A stretch of 64,000 nt of DNA from Bispira polyomma (taxonomy: Eukaryota). The notes beneath the pieces were generated by a model. It was not told the DNA's origin and made no database searches. It saw only the letters and a program-made list of their open reading frames with translations. Of this stretch, positions 39,901 through 51,029 are shown one piece after another. Each line of letters begins with the position of its first letter. Positions within the stretch are counted from its first letter, which is position 1. The translations under genes and the position numbers were made by a program. The DNA lies in contig OZ287754.1 in NCBI GenBank assembly GCA_965649765.1, positions 61,504,001-61,568,000 on the forward strand. Reading direction: 5' to 3'.

Positions 39901-40001
39901 AAACAAATGAGAATTGGTGAGGTTTGAAGTTCCATGTCCTTGGATGTCAGGTAAACAAATGAGAATTGGTGATGTTTGAAGTTCCATGTCCTTGGATGTC
40001 A
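39897..40001. repeat. 52-bp tandem duplication
   Basis: aggtaaacaaatgagaattggtga.gtttgaagttccatgtccttggatgtc occurs twice with one mismatch. Confidence 0.95.
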
Positions 40002-40554
40002 AAGGAACATTCTTGTCTCCCATTGGTGTACTATGTAATGGTGACTTTATGGAACCATCGGTAAATGTAACATCTCTATTCACCTGTATTGAGTGATCTG
40101 TGTCTATTTTACAAAACAAATTCCTTGTGTAATGGCCATTAAACCCACAGACACTACAAATAACATTCAGATCCAGCAGTTACTCTTTAAATTTACTGTC
40201 AACTGATTCAACTTCATAGACTTGCACTGCACATTCGCAGAGTGTGCATTGTATTATGTTGCTCATTGCATGTTTGAAGATACTGGATAAACAGCATGAA
40301 CAAAAATAATGTCCACATTTCTTTTTTCAGGAATTGATAGTTATTTGTCATGGGCTCTTCCACACAGAATAGATATTCAAATATATCCTTTTGAGAATCC
40401 ATTGTTTATTACTTAAATGTTGCAACAAAAAAACTTTATATCAGTTAATAATCTTTACTTGTTACACCTGTTGTCATGCTTTTACAAAACTTAAAATTTG
40501 AGTGATTTATAAGCGCCCTCCTTGGCTGAGAATAGCTATATGTTATGTTATATG

Positions 40555-40629
40555 TTTCATTATATTAAAATGTGTACAACAGAGATATAACACTTATATC
40601 TCTGTTGTACACATTTTAATATAATGAAA
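40555..40629. repeat. Perfect inverted repeat, 36-bp arms with a 3-nt loop
   Basis: tttcattatattaaaatgtgtacaacagagatataa-cac-ttatatctctgttgtacacattttaatataatgaaa. Confidence 0.97.
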
Positions 40630-40641
40630 TAGATGAATTTA

Positions 40642-42430
40642 AACTAGTTGGGTTATAGACCCCAAAAAGGCGGGTTGCGCAATTGTTATCAGGGATAGGG
40701 TCCAGTAACAAATTTCAAGTTATTTTTTGGAATGGGCCCAAATACAATCCCAACCAAGCTATTGCCAAGCTATGACTATCCTCGTCTGACCTTGAAGGAG
40801 GGGCCCAAGGTCAAACCTGACCACATCAGAAGACTCCCACTCCATGATTTCCTATAGGTTGGTTTCACATCTCAAAACTGTAGGACAATAAAAAGCGAGT
40901 TATAAGCCCATTTAAGTTTAGCTACTCTCGTATGACCTTGACGGAGGGGCCAAAGGTAAAATCTAACCACACCAGAAGACTCCTAGCCCATGTTTTCCTA
41001 TAGGTTGGTTTCACATCACAAAACAGTTGGACCAATAATAAGCGAGTTATAAGCACTTTTAAGTTTAGCTACCCTCATCTGACCTTGATGGAGGGGCCAA
41101 AGGTCAAATCTGACTACATCAGAAGACTCCCAACCCATGATTTCCTATAGGTTGGTTTCACATCTCAAAACTGTAGGACCAATAATAAGCAATTGTAGAC
41201 ACTTTTAAGTTTAGCTACCATCGTCTGACATTGATTGAAGGGCCCAAGGTCAAATCTGACCACATCAGAAGATTCCCAGCCCATGACTACCTAGAAGTTG
41301 GTTTCACATTGCAAACCTCTAAGATTAATAATAAGCGAGTTATAAGCACTTTTAAGTTTGGCTATCATCGTTTGACCTTTAATTAGGGGCCCAATGTCAA
41401 ACCTGACCACATTAGAAGATTCCCAGCCCATGATTTCCTATAGGTAGGTTTCATATGCCACATAGTTATAAGCAGTTTTAAGTTTAACTACCCTCATCTG
41501 GCCTTGACGGAGGTGCCCAAGGTCAAATCTGACCACATCAGAAGATTCCCAGCCCATGATTACCTATAAGTTGGTTTCACATTGCAAACCTCTAGGACCG
41601 ATAATAAGCGTGTTATAAGCACTTTTAAGTTTGGCTATCCTCGTGTTGACCTTGAATTAGGGGCCCAATGTCATACCTGGACACCTCAGAAGATTCCCAG
41701 CCCATGATTTCCTATAGGTAAGCTTCACATGCCACATAGTTATAAGCAGTTTTAAGTTTAACTACCCTTGTCTGGCCTTGACGGAGATGCCCAAGGTCAA
41801 ATCTGACCACATCAGAAGATTACCAGCCCATGATTACCAAAAAGTTGGTTTCACATTGCAAACCTCTAGGACTGATAATAAGCGAGTTATAAGCACTTTT
41901 AAGTTTGGCTATCCTCGTTTGACCTTGAATTAGGGGCCCAATGTCAAACCTGGACACCTCAGAAGATTCCCAGCCCATGATTTCCTATAGGTAGGCTTCA
42001 CATGCCAAACCTCTAAGACCAATAATAAGGGAGATAAAGGCACTTTTAAAGTCCATTAATTTGGGTACTTTGGCACTTCGTAAATGATCTTGAATGAAGA
42101 GCTTCAAGGTCAAATGTCTGTATGCTTGTAGAGGACATATATATCTGTTATATATTTCACCTATGAAGAGATTCAACCTCTAGTTACGAAAACCAGTCAG
42201 TAGAAACAGGTAGATAATTTTCAAAGAAATGCCCATGGTGAAAATCTTGTTTTTCAAAATGAGGCTAATTTCAGTTGCAAAGAAGCTTACCTCCAATTAA
42301 AGATATCATGCAAATTTGGTAAAGCTAGCTGATCTAGTTTTCTGCAGAGAGTGTTAATGGAGAAAATCTCTCTGCGGCGGCATAGCGAACGCTAAACTAA
42401 AAGTATCCACCGGATCGGTGTATACAATTA
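40642..42430 (+). mobile_element. Helentron-like non-autonomous element carrying an internal satellite array
   Basis: Starts aactag and ends gcggcggcatagcgaacgctaaactaaaagtatccaccggatcggtgtatacaatta (terminal hairpin). No ORF. Related to 32897-33579. Confidence 0.75.
40770..42052. repeat. Satellite array, ~9 units of ~146 bp with alternating 126-bp variants
   Basis: The anchor g/tgtcaaa(t/c)ctgaccacatcagaaga recurs at about 40809, 40954, 41102, 41248, 41395, 41521, 41669, 41795 and 41942. Confidence 0.95.
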
Positions 42431-45400
42431 ATAGGCCTGTTACTAATCTAAGCCAATGTTTTATCCAACTATAGAACAGTCAGGAAACCACAAACATCAC
42501 CATCCACATTGACAATAGAAGATGGATTAGCTATGACCACAGAAGCCACTAAAGCAACCTAAAACAAACAGTCACAGTTAAATGAATCTCTTACTAATCA
42601 AAGTCCATGTTTAATCCAATTATACAATATTTAGGAAACAACATATATCGCCATCCCTATAGACAATAAAAAGTACTACTAATAGCACACTAAACAAATC
42701 TATCAAATAATTTTAATCACACTTACTTGAATCCTTTAAAAATCCAAATCATAAAAGGTAAATATAATAGCACTTGCCCAAAACGGCTTATAAGTTACAA
42801 GCTTATAAATATAACTAGAGTACTGCTTTGCAAATGAAAGGAAATTGTTTTTGCACTCTGTGTTCAACGCAGAAATTCAAATTGACTGCCAAAAAATTGC
42901 GATTTTTTTTTTTAATTTAAAAAAAATTAAAAAAATTATTAAAAAATAAAATTTGAAAAACAAAAAAATTATTGAAAAAAAACAACAAAACATTTTAATT
43001 TGAGTGCATATATATGTAAATGTAAAATAAATGTATTATATACCCTGTACCCGTTATGCCCATTGTAAGTCAGTGTTCCACTTTTTATGTATGTAAAAGA
43101 ATTCTGTAGTACCACAAAGTGTATAAAAAAACCACTAGCCACTTAAGTAGAAAATCCTGCTTAAGTTGAGGTATTGGTCAAGCTCTTATTACCCTAAAAG
43201 TTCAACTTAATTTTTGTTGAATTATCTTTATTGATTATATTGCTAAATTACAGTAGAACCTCTATGGTGGGAGAGCAAGAGGTTTGTTTGGATATTAGAA
43301 GTTTCTCAATAATACAGTAGAAAAATGTTAAGTTTGGGAGAGTAAAATAAGTCTTCATCAAATTAGATATTCAGACGCTTTAGTGTAGATGTATATAGAT
43401 ACACATTTTATTGCCATTGCTGTTATATGTTAGTCATTAATAGTCAAAAATATTTTTTCATGAAATATACCGTAGTTTCTGTAATAAATGACCCCAGGGG
43501 CTTTGCATTTTCCCAAAAGGCGAAGGTGGGCTATGATTAAAGAAAACATTGCTGATATGTGGTCGGTGTAAACCTATTGTAAATCATAATAGTAAACATT
43601 TTATTCTTAACCATGGGTCAATGAAATTTCACATAAAGTTGACCTAAATTGTCCTACAATTATCTGATACAAGTCGCTGTGTAAACATTTTCAACGCTGC
43701 ATGAAAGAAAGATGTAACAATTTTCAGTAATATTTGCAGGGGGGGGGGGGGGGGGGGGCTATAGTTAGAGGGAGTGCTTGTATTACAGAAAATACAGTAT
43801 TTGTGTCTGCAGGTTTACAGATTAGCAATGCTAATATATATTTAGTTCTTCCTTTTAGTCTCTTCTATGTCCAGTTGATTTGAGTTATTATTCTAGAAAT
43901 GAATTGGTAGTATGTACGATAAATTTCTATTATAAACTGTAATTGGTTATAATTGGGAGACATAAATTATATAGTGTATAATCATATTTGTATGTACATT
44001 CAATGCATCTATTGTGTCTGTGCTGGTCTCAAATGATTATTATTCATGAAATAGATATTTATTTAATTGTAGTTTTTGATAGCATAGTGATATTATAATT
44101 TAGGTTATCAATAAACTGGGCTTGTCATTTGTTAAGTGTACTTTGTTTTTACAATTAACTAGAATAGTATATAGTATTTAGTATTACGTATTTTGTGTAG
44201 GTTTGTCATGAATTTCAGTTATATCATATAAAAACTGAGGATTTAAAGACTGTATCTACAGAAGATTAGTTATATTCAATTATTCTAGGAGTGGAAATTT
44301 AAAGTAGATGAAAATTTCACTAAAATTTACAATTTTTAAGAAGGTCACTGGAATGACTTTTTACTGTTGGTTACTTGTCTTAGTTAAAATATCAATACCC
44401 ATTTAAACTGTCACTGGGAATGAATGTTCCCTTTTGGAACTCAGTTTTAAATTAGTGAGTTTTTGTGTGTAGATTTTAAAATGTATTTGTCATTAACAAG
44501 AGATGTGTAAGAAAGGTTGAGTAAGGAATCAGAAATTTCCCACTGTATTTGAAATTCGCCACCTAGGAAATGTTGTGTTATTGGTAGTAGAATTGTGGGT
44601 AATATTTGCTGAAAATTGAGATTTTTGTGACTATCTTTCCTTACTTACCTAAATTCTGGTGATTTTTTGCCAGTTTTTATCGATTTGGCTTAAATTTTAG
44701 GGGTGACAAATTACAGTGTTGAATGTTAGAATGTTTACTCTATCGTGCCTTTGTGTTGTTATTTGGCACAGCTAAAACAACATCCTTGGGATCGTTCAAC
44801 AAAAATTGTGCTTCTAATTTTATAAAATTGTGATGTCTGAAATGTTGCACCACATTTTGGGGTCAGCAAAATGACTTTTATACCTACCTATATATAAGTC
44901 GGTGTTGCCAATTTACAAAACCCAGGCACCACTATACAGGTATTTTGGTATATGTGTGATTTCTGTTGTACCCTGTTGTGCTTAGAAACAAGAATTAAAG
45001 AGTTAAGCCTTATGCGATGACACAAACAGGTAATGATGTCTACCTGATTGTATAGCGTAGCAATATATTGAATTGCAAATTTGAATTGCAACACTGTCTA
45101 TAATGCCTAGTCAGTCATTAATAAAATGTGATATATACATATTCTTGGTCTCTTTGTTTTTTCGTTTGTCATTGTTTTTCTTTTGGGAGAAATTAAAAAC
45201 ATGTCTGTAAATGAGAAAGCAGTCACTGCCCTCCATATGCTGCATTTAATTTCTGTCACCTATAATGGGGGGGTGGGGGGGGGGGGGGGGGCTGGTGGCA
45301 TAGTGGCTCGCTTCTTATCTCAGTACAATTGTGTATTGATCAAAAAACACATTTAGATTGTCATTAAAATTGACCATTGTATGTGAAATAAGATTACTGA

Positions 45401-45654
45401 AGTGGTGTTCCCAAATCGCTGCAAATGGCCAAATCTCAAAGGTGGTTGTTTTACACGATCACTTTTGCATCTTACCTGTGGAATCTAAGACACTTTAAAT
45501 GTTGGTGGTTTCTTCTTATGATAAAGTAAGTCCCTGGTTTAACTTGTAGCCTTCACTCAAAACCTGGTCGTAGAAGGTTAACCAAGGTGTTAAACCTGGC
45601 ATAAAACCCAGGTAAACTAATTGAATTATCAGCTAGAACTCTGAAGGTGGTTTA

Positions 45655-46731
45655 GTTTTATTATTATATCAAGTCCTTTTGGTGTCAGAATTATACAAGA
45701 TATTCTTACATATGCAGAAACAAATAACTTTAACTGATATTCGAAGAAATTCTGTACAAGGATATTCAATTTTGTGTCTGTAACTATGGTTACTTCTCTC
45801 AGTACTATAGTCTAAGCCGAGGAATAAGGCAGGGCTGCCCCATATCTGCTCTGCTTTTTATATTGGTTTTGGTAATTAAAATACAGAGAAATAAATTAAT
45901 CTCTGGAATAAAGGTAAAAAATTATGAATACAAAATATGTCAGTTGGCAGATGACACTACCCTATACATAAGTAATATTGTATCAATATGTACTTAAATC
46001 TTTACATTTAGTAACTTTACAAACTGTTCCAGACTTAAGATAAATTTAGAAAAAATCAGTAATTATACCTTTGGGTGCAAACAAGTAAAAAAAAAAAGAT
46101 AATTCCAAAGGAACTGAAAAAATCTCTTTGAATTTTACAGCTTTCACAACTCTAGATGTTTGGTTTTCTCGTGATCAAAATGACCAGATTAAACTTTGAC
46201 AATAAAATTGAAAAAATTCGACTTATTTGGACATCTATAAATTTATCTTGGAAAGGGAAAGTCACTATAATCAAAACAATGGTTAGAACTCAGATTATCC
46301 ATCTATTGTCGAGGTGTTTTGGATCACCCAACAAAGTTTCAGGAAATTAAAAAGAAGCTGAACTAGAATGTAAGCATCTTTAAGTATAACATAATTGCAG
46401 TGATTTACCACATTCATGGAAACAAAAATTGAAAGATCTTTCTCCCAGTAGGAACTTGTATAACGAAATTTGAAAAGGTTTTTAATTCATATAAAGTATC
46501 TAATAAAGAACTGTATTGGAAATTGTCAGTGGACAACTAAAAGAACCAACAGAAAAATATACTTGAATTGACCTGTTTCCTTTCTTGGAAGTGGCTTCTT
46601 GGAAAAATATTTTTTGGATCATTAGTCGCACAGCTATTGAATCATACTTTTCAGCACAAGGTCTTGAACAGATTGATCAATTATAATTGACACAAATGGA
46701 GAATTAGAGAAAATCCATTTTGTAATTTATG
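45655..46731 (+). mobile_element. Decayed L1/Tx1-clade LINE RT fragment (copy A; 3' end deleted)
   Basis: SRGIRQGCPISALLFIL, CQLADDTT and NLSWKGKVTIIKTMV motifs. Confidence 0.88.
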
Positions 46732-47045
46732 TACAGTCAAACCCCTTTAAGTCGAACCTCAAGGGACTAGGAGAAATACCTCTACTTAAGCAGGATTTCC
46801 ACTTAACAGGGTAGATTTGTAAGGAAAATGCGTTCATGGGAGTATTTTATTGTTACATTGCTTTAAACTTAAATGGCTATTACATTTGTAAGATGAGCTA
46901 AAACCTCAATTAACCTCAACAAAGCAGTATTATACATAACAAAGGTAAAACTAGCATAGTGTAATATTATCAACAACTGGATAATATAAATAACATATAA
47001 ACAACAAAAAACTAATAAATTAATGCTAAAAACAGTCAACAGAGA

Positions 47046-49846
47046 TTAGGCTTGATTTTCTTCAGTGTGGACTTCCACAATGTTATCCAAGCTTGCCACA
47101 ACTCTATTAATGCTAGTATTTCCCATCAACCTCTCCTTTAGTTCCCCAGCCAGCCTGTCAATCTCCTCTTCAAGCCACGCCCTCTTGCCATCACTCCATT
47201 CGGCCATCTGCTTGGCATAAGCCACCTGCTCTTTCAGCTCTCTGATTTCTTCCAGTCTTTCCATTTCTGTTTCCATTTTGCTGTTTTCCACTAAGAACCT
47301 GAACACATCCACTTGTACAGAGATCATGGTAGGATCATTGTATGGGTCAGTGGTACCAACTGACATGTGCACCATGTGGGTTCTGCCAAAGATCTTTTTG
47401 AAGATCCTCAATACCAAATGCAGTACTCTAAATATGCAAACCATGAATTTCTTCATCATTTTGAACATCAGTAGCAGATTTAGTAAATTCCAAATGGTGT
47501 AAAAGCAATACCAGATGTATTTAAATCGGTAATCTCTGTCGTGCATGAAGTATCGAATAGCTACACGAACCTTGCCCTCTCTGTGGCATACTTCAGACAG
47601 AGTGGAAGCTACACTATCAACCAGTGACTTGGTCCAGGATATGAGGTCTTGAGTTAATGTTGCAATTCTGTCAAAGGAAAGTTCATCAAGGTGAGAAATC
47701 AAATAACCTAGTCTGTAAGAGACATTTGTGATCTGTTCTTCTACATGTTTCACAAAAGTTGAGAATGCCTTCAGTGACCGCTTAATGTCCCTGATATACT
47801 CCCTGAGATATTTCCCCCAGTCGTCCTTCCACCACTGTTCCAAGGGCTCAGAGATATGATTATATAGGAGGCTGGTGTCAACTTTAGTGACAGAGACAAT
47901 CTTTGCATCTGTTACTAGTTCAGCTTGATCTGCTTCAGGTTGGCTTTCATCATCAAAAGCATCTGCATCAAAAGCATCTGCAGTGGAGCCTTGTTGAAAA
48001 ACTATGCTTCTGTCATAGTCAGAACCTTCAGTAAATGGGTCTTGCTTCTGAATTTGATCAACTGGCAATGGATCCTGCATAACCACTGGCTTCTCCTCTG
48101 TAACGCTGAAGAAAGAGCTGTTGGTAAATCCAGTGGTATCTGTGTACTTTAAACCATCAGACCCTGCACTTTCAAATCCAGTCATCACTGGTGGGCTAAC
48201 TTCAACTTCTGGGTATCCAGATACCTGACAACCAAAGGTATACTGGAAATTACTATTGTAATCTGCTCCATCTGACTCCAGTTGTTCTAACTGGATGAAA
48301 TCATTTGATCTTTTTTCATCCATGTCTCCATGGAGTAATTCTTCATGATCCTGTTGAATCTGAAAAAATAGACACTAAAGTTTACTTTACTATTCATTCT
48401 GAGTTGGGGGTGGGGCGCGGGTGATATAGGACAGTAGCATTTCACCTCTCAATATTGGGGTAGTGGACTTGGACTCTTTCCATGTCCCTAATAGAACAAA
48501 CAGTAGTCATTATTAGTCAAACATGTTGGTATAAGATGTCAGCAACAATGATATTTGTGATGCTTTAAGTAAGAATTAATATTTTCACAATGCACTTGGA
48601 ACAATTTATTTTGGTCTTTATTTATTCATACACAACGGTATACAAGTAATGTGTCAGTCACACTGTTCACCTTCTTGGGACTGTTGGAGACCCTTTCTGA
48701 GAAAGGGTATGAACGGGGGATTTAAATATATGCAAATGAAAATTTTCCCCATTCTCTCCCGACCAGCCAAATTCTAATGATCTGGAGTAAACTGGTATAA
48801 ACGTGGTGAGAACATGGACAGTGTGACTGCCAAATCAGAAATATGTAGATACATTTGTGGGGAACTACAAAAAAACTAAGTTGTAGTCACAATTTGTTTG
48901 ATTAAATTCGTTATCGATTACAGTTTGGAGAGCAAACTTATGTTTGGATAGTATAGAAGTTCATCAAATAGAAAAGATATTTTAGTGCAAGGTAAATTTG
49001 GGAGTGTGAAATTGAGTTCATCAAATCCAATATTTAGATAACAGGGGCAGTATTCACTAACAGACTTGGCCAAGTATTGGGCTTAAATCTAGTACAAAAG
49101 TATACTAGATTTGGGCCTAAGTATTGGTTTAAGTCTGTTAGTGAATACGGGCCCTTAAGTTTGGATACTAGAATATCCAAAGGATTTGGTTCGAATTATG
49201 ACTAAATTCGATGTATACTGGTTCTACTGTTGAATAGTCTACTGTGGAGACAGTAGAAATTCTCACAGTGATTCATAAACACATGTATGTACTTTCTTTG
49301 GACTATAAATAGACAAATCTTAAATGCCAAATAATTTTTATATTTTAAAACCAATAATTTTAAAGCAACTATTACAAACAAAGGCATATTAAATTGACAT
49401 ATTATTGTATATTTACATATTAAAACATTGGATGAATTTCTCTGGCTTCAACCAGCCCAAAATTTGAAACTGTTTCATTGTAGCCTCCTCTGAGATTGCA
49501 AAACCGAAAATATGATAACTCGTAATCAGGACAAAATGTCGACGTGGACCTCATATGAAGGCATCTAGAGTTATCTTGTAAATCAAGGTCCATTTTTGAA
49601 ATTTTCTAAGGAAAACATACTGAATGCTGTAGAACATAATTAATAGAAGATTCTTACAGAACAATCCATTCTCACATTTAATAATTTGGTAGTCCGAAAT
49701 ATTCTGTGAAGAATAATATATCACTTAATGTATATGTAGAACAATTCAAATAGAAGACTTACTTGTACAAAATCACTGTCTTTGTCCAATTCTATGAGAC
49801 TTGCAGTTATCAGCAAGAGCACAGTGAAATGCCCTGCCCAAGACAT
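47046..49846 (-). CDS. Uncharacterised 465-aa membrane protein (signal-like N-terminus, acidic region, helical region, TM, coiled coil); exons 49763-49846 and 47046-48359
   Basis: Exon 1 MSWAGHFTVLLLITASLIELDKDSDFVQ ends at a GTAAGT donor in phase 0. The acceptor ttttttcag leads to IQQDHEELLHGD, in frame with the 425-aa ORF. Hydrophobic segment YIWYCFYTIWNLLNLLLMF; E/K/L-rich coiled-coil-like C-terminus. Confidence 0.82.
49045..49154. mobile_element. Fold-back MITE (~110 bp, GGGC...GCCC ends, PIF/Harbinger-like) in the intron
   Basis: gggcagtattcactaacagactt...aaatctagta / tactagattt...aagtctgttagtgaatacgggccc is almost wholly palindromic. Confidence 0.75.
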
Positions 49847-49980
49847 ACTTAGACAATATGTCCAAGCTTTACAGTTGTTTTATATTTAATAGTGAAATTA
49901 TTTCAATATTTCAACTCGCCAGCTACTAAAACTACATCGGCTTTGTAACTACGTTGTCAAAGAAATGAAACCTCCTTTTG

Positions 49981-50048
49981 TGACGTCGTCGTAGGTAACA
50001 GTTTGGGGTACGTCATGTGTACATACGTATTTATCATTAATGACGTCA
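49981..50048 (-). promoter_or_regulatory. CRE/ATF-type motif cluster, putative promoter of the 465-aa gene
   Basis: TGACGTC at 49981, TACGTCA at 50009 and TGACGTCA at 50041, 135-200 bp upstream of the ATG at 49846. A further TGACGTAA lies near 50245. Confidence 0.6.
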
Positions 50049-51029
50049 TAATGTATTAGTTCATGAAGAATATAGATTTGATTAGCACAGCGTGTTTATT
50101 TTGCCCTATGTAGAGTCATAACCACACAAGTAGTTTGATATTACAGTAATGTGTAAAACATTAAAAGTGCATATTTAACGTGAAAGGTTATCAGTGTTAG
50201 GGTGCAAAAGGTTGTTAATAATTTTCATATATTATTATCCACTGTGACGTAAATATGACTTGTAGCTGATACAGGCCGGGTGATACAATGAGCCGTATCA
50301 CCCGGCGCCCTTGAGAAAGGATATAAAAACTGTAGTATTTACTAGATTTTCAAGGTTTTAATGTCCGTTTTAAGCAATATTTAAGGTAGCAAGTTGATTA
50401 AATGTGTGACTAAAATAAATAAAAATATGGACCTTAAGCAACAGAATGGTATATTAAACTCGATTTTTAATGCTTTACAAATGCATTTTTGAAGATCACT
50501 TGGTTGTGGACGTTATGACAGTTGGAAATTCCCAAATTGAATGTGGTTTTATCTTTTATGTACGTGTATATTAGTGATTTTTTTTTTGTGGATGCTTTGG
50601 CCTGTTTAATGTGTTATTTATGTGACCTAACTGTTATATATGATGTGTTATAGGACTGGCGGGATTATAGACAGATAAATAGACATGTTTGGAACAACAT
50701 TTTTCATCAATCCAATAGAAAATCAAATTTAACTGTCATAAGGAATCACGAATCATGAAATACCTTGAGGATAGGATTTTTTTTATGTACGTGATCAGCA
50801 AATGGGATTCAGAAAGGGTAAATCAGGTGCCGACAAGGTTTATAAGGAGACTTAAATTACCATACACAGACTTTTCAATAATAAAAATTATCTAGCCTTA
50901 TTTTGAAATTAGGTGGGGATCCCACATAATATTTACTTTTGTTAATCTGTTTGCCTATTATGTACATTTTTAAAGTGCATATAAGCAATATAGAGGGCTG
51001 GGTATTTTGGTATTCTGGTATTTATAACT

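Larger units (their letters stand above)
43046..49486 (+). repeat. Segmental duplication copy A (visible part)
   Basis: Near-identical to 57088-64000, starting at tgtacccgttatgcccattgtaag. Confidence 0.97.

Noticed and set aside
40770-42052. 146-bp array as a CRISPR or coding repeat
   Set aside because: Head-to-tail satellite with no spacers and no long ORF.
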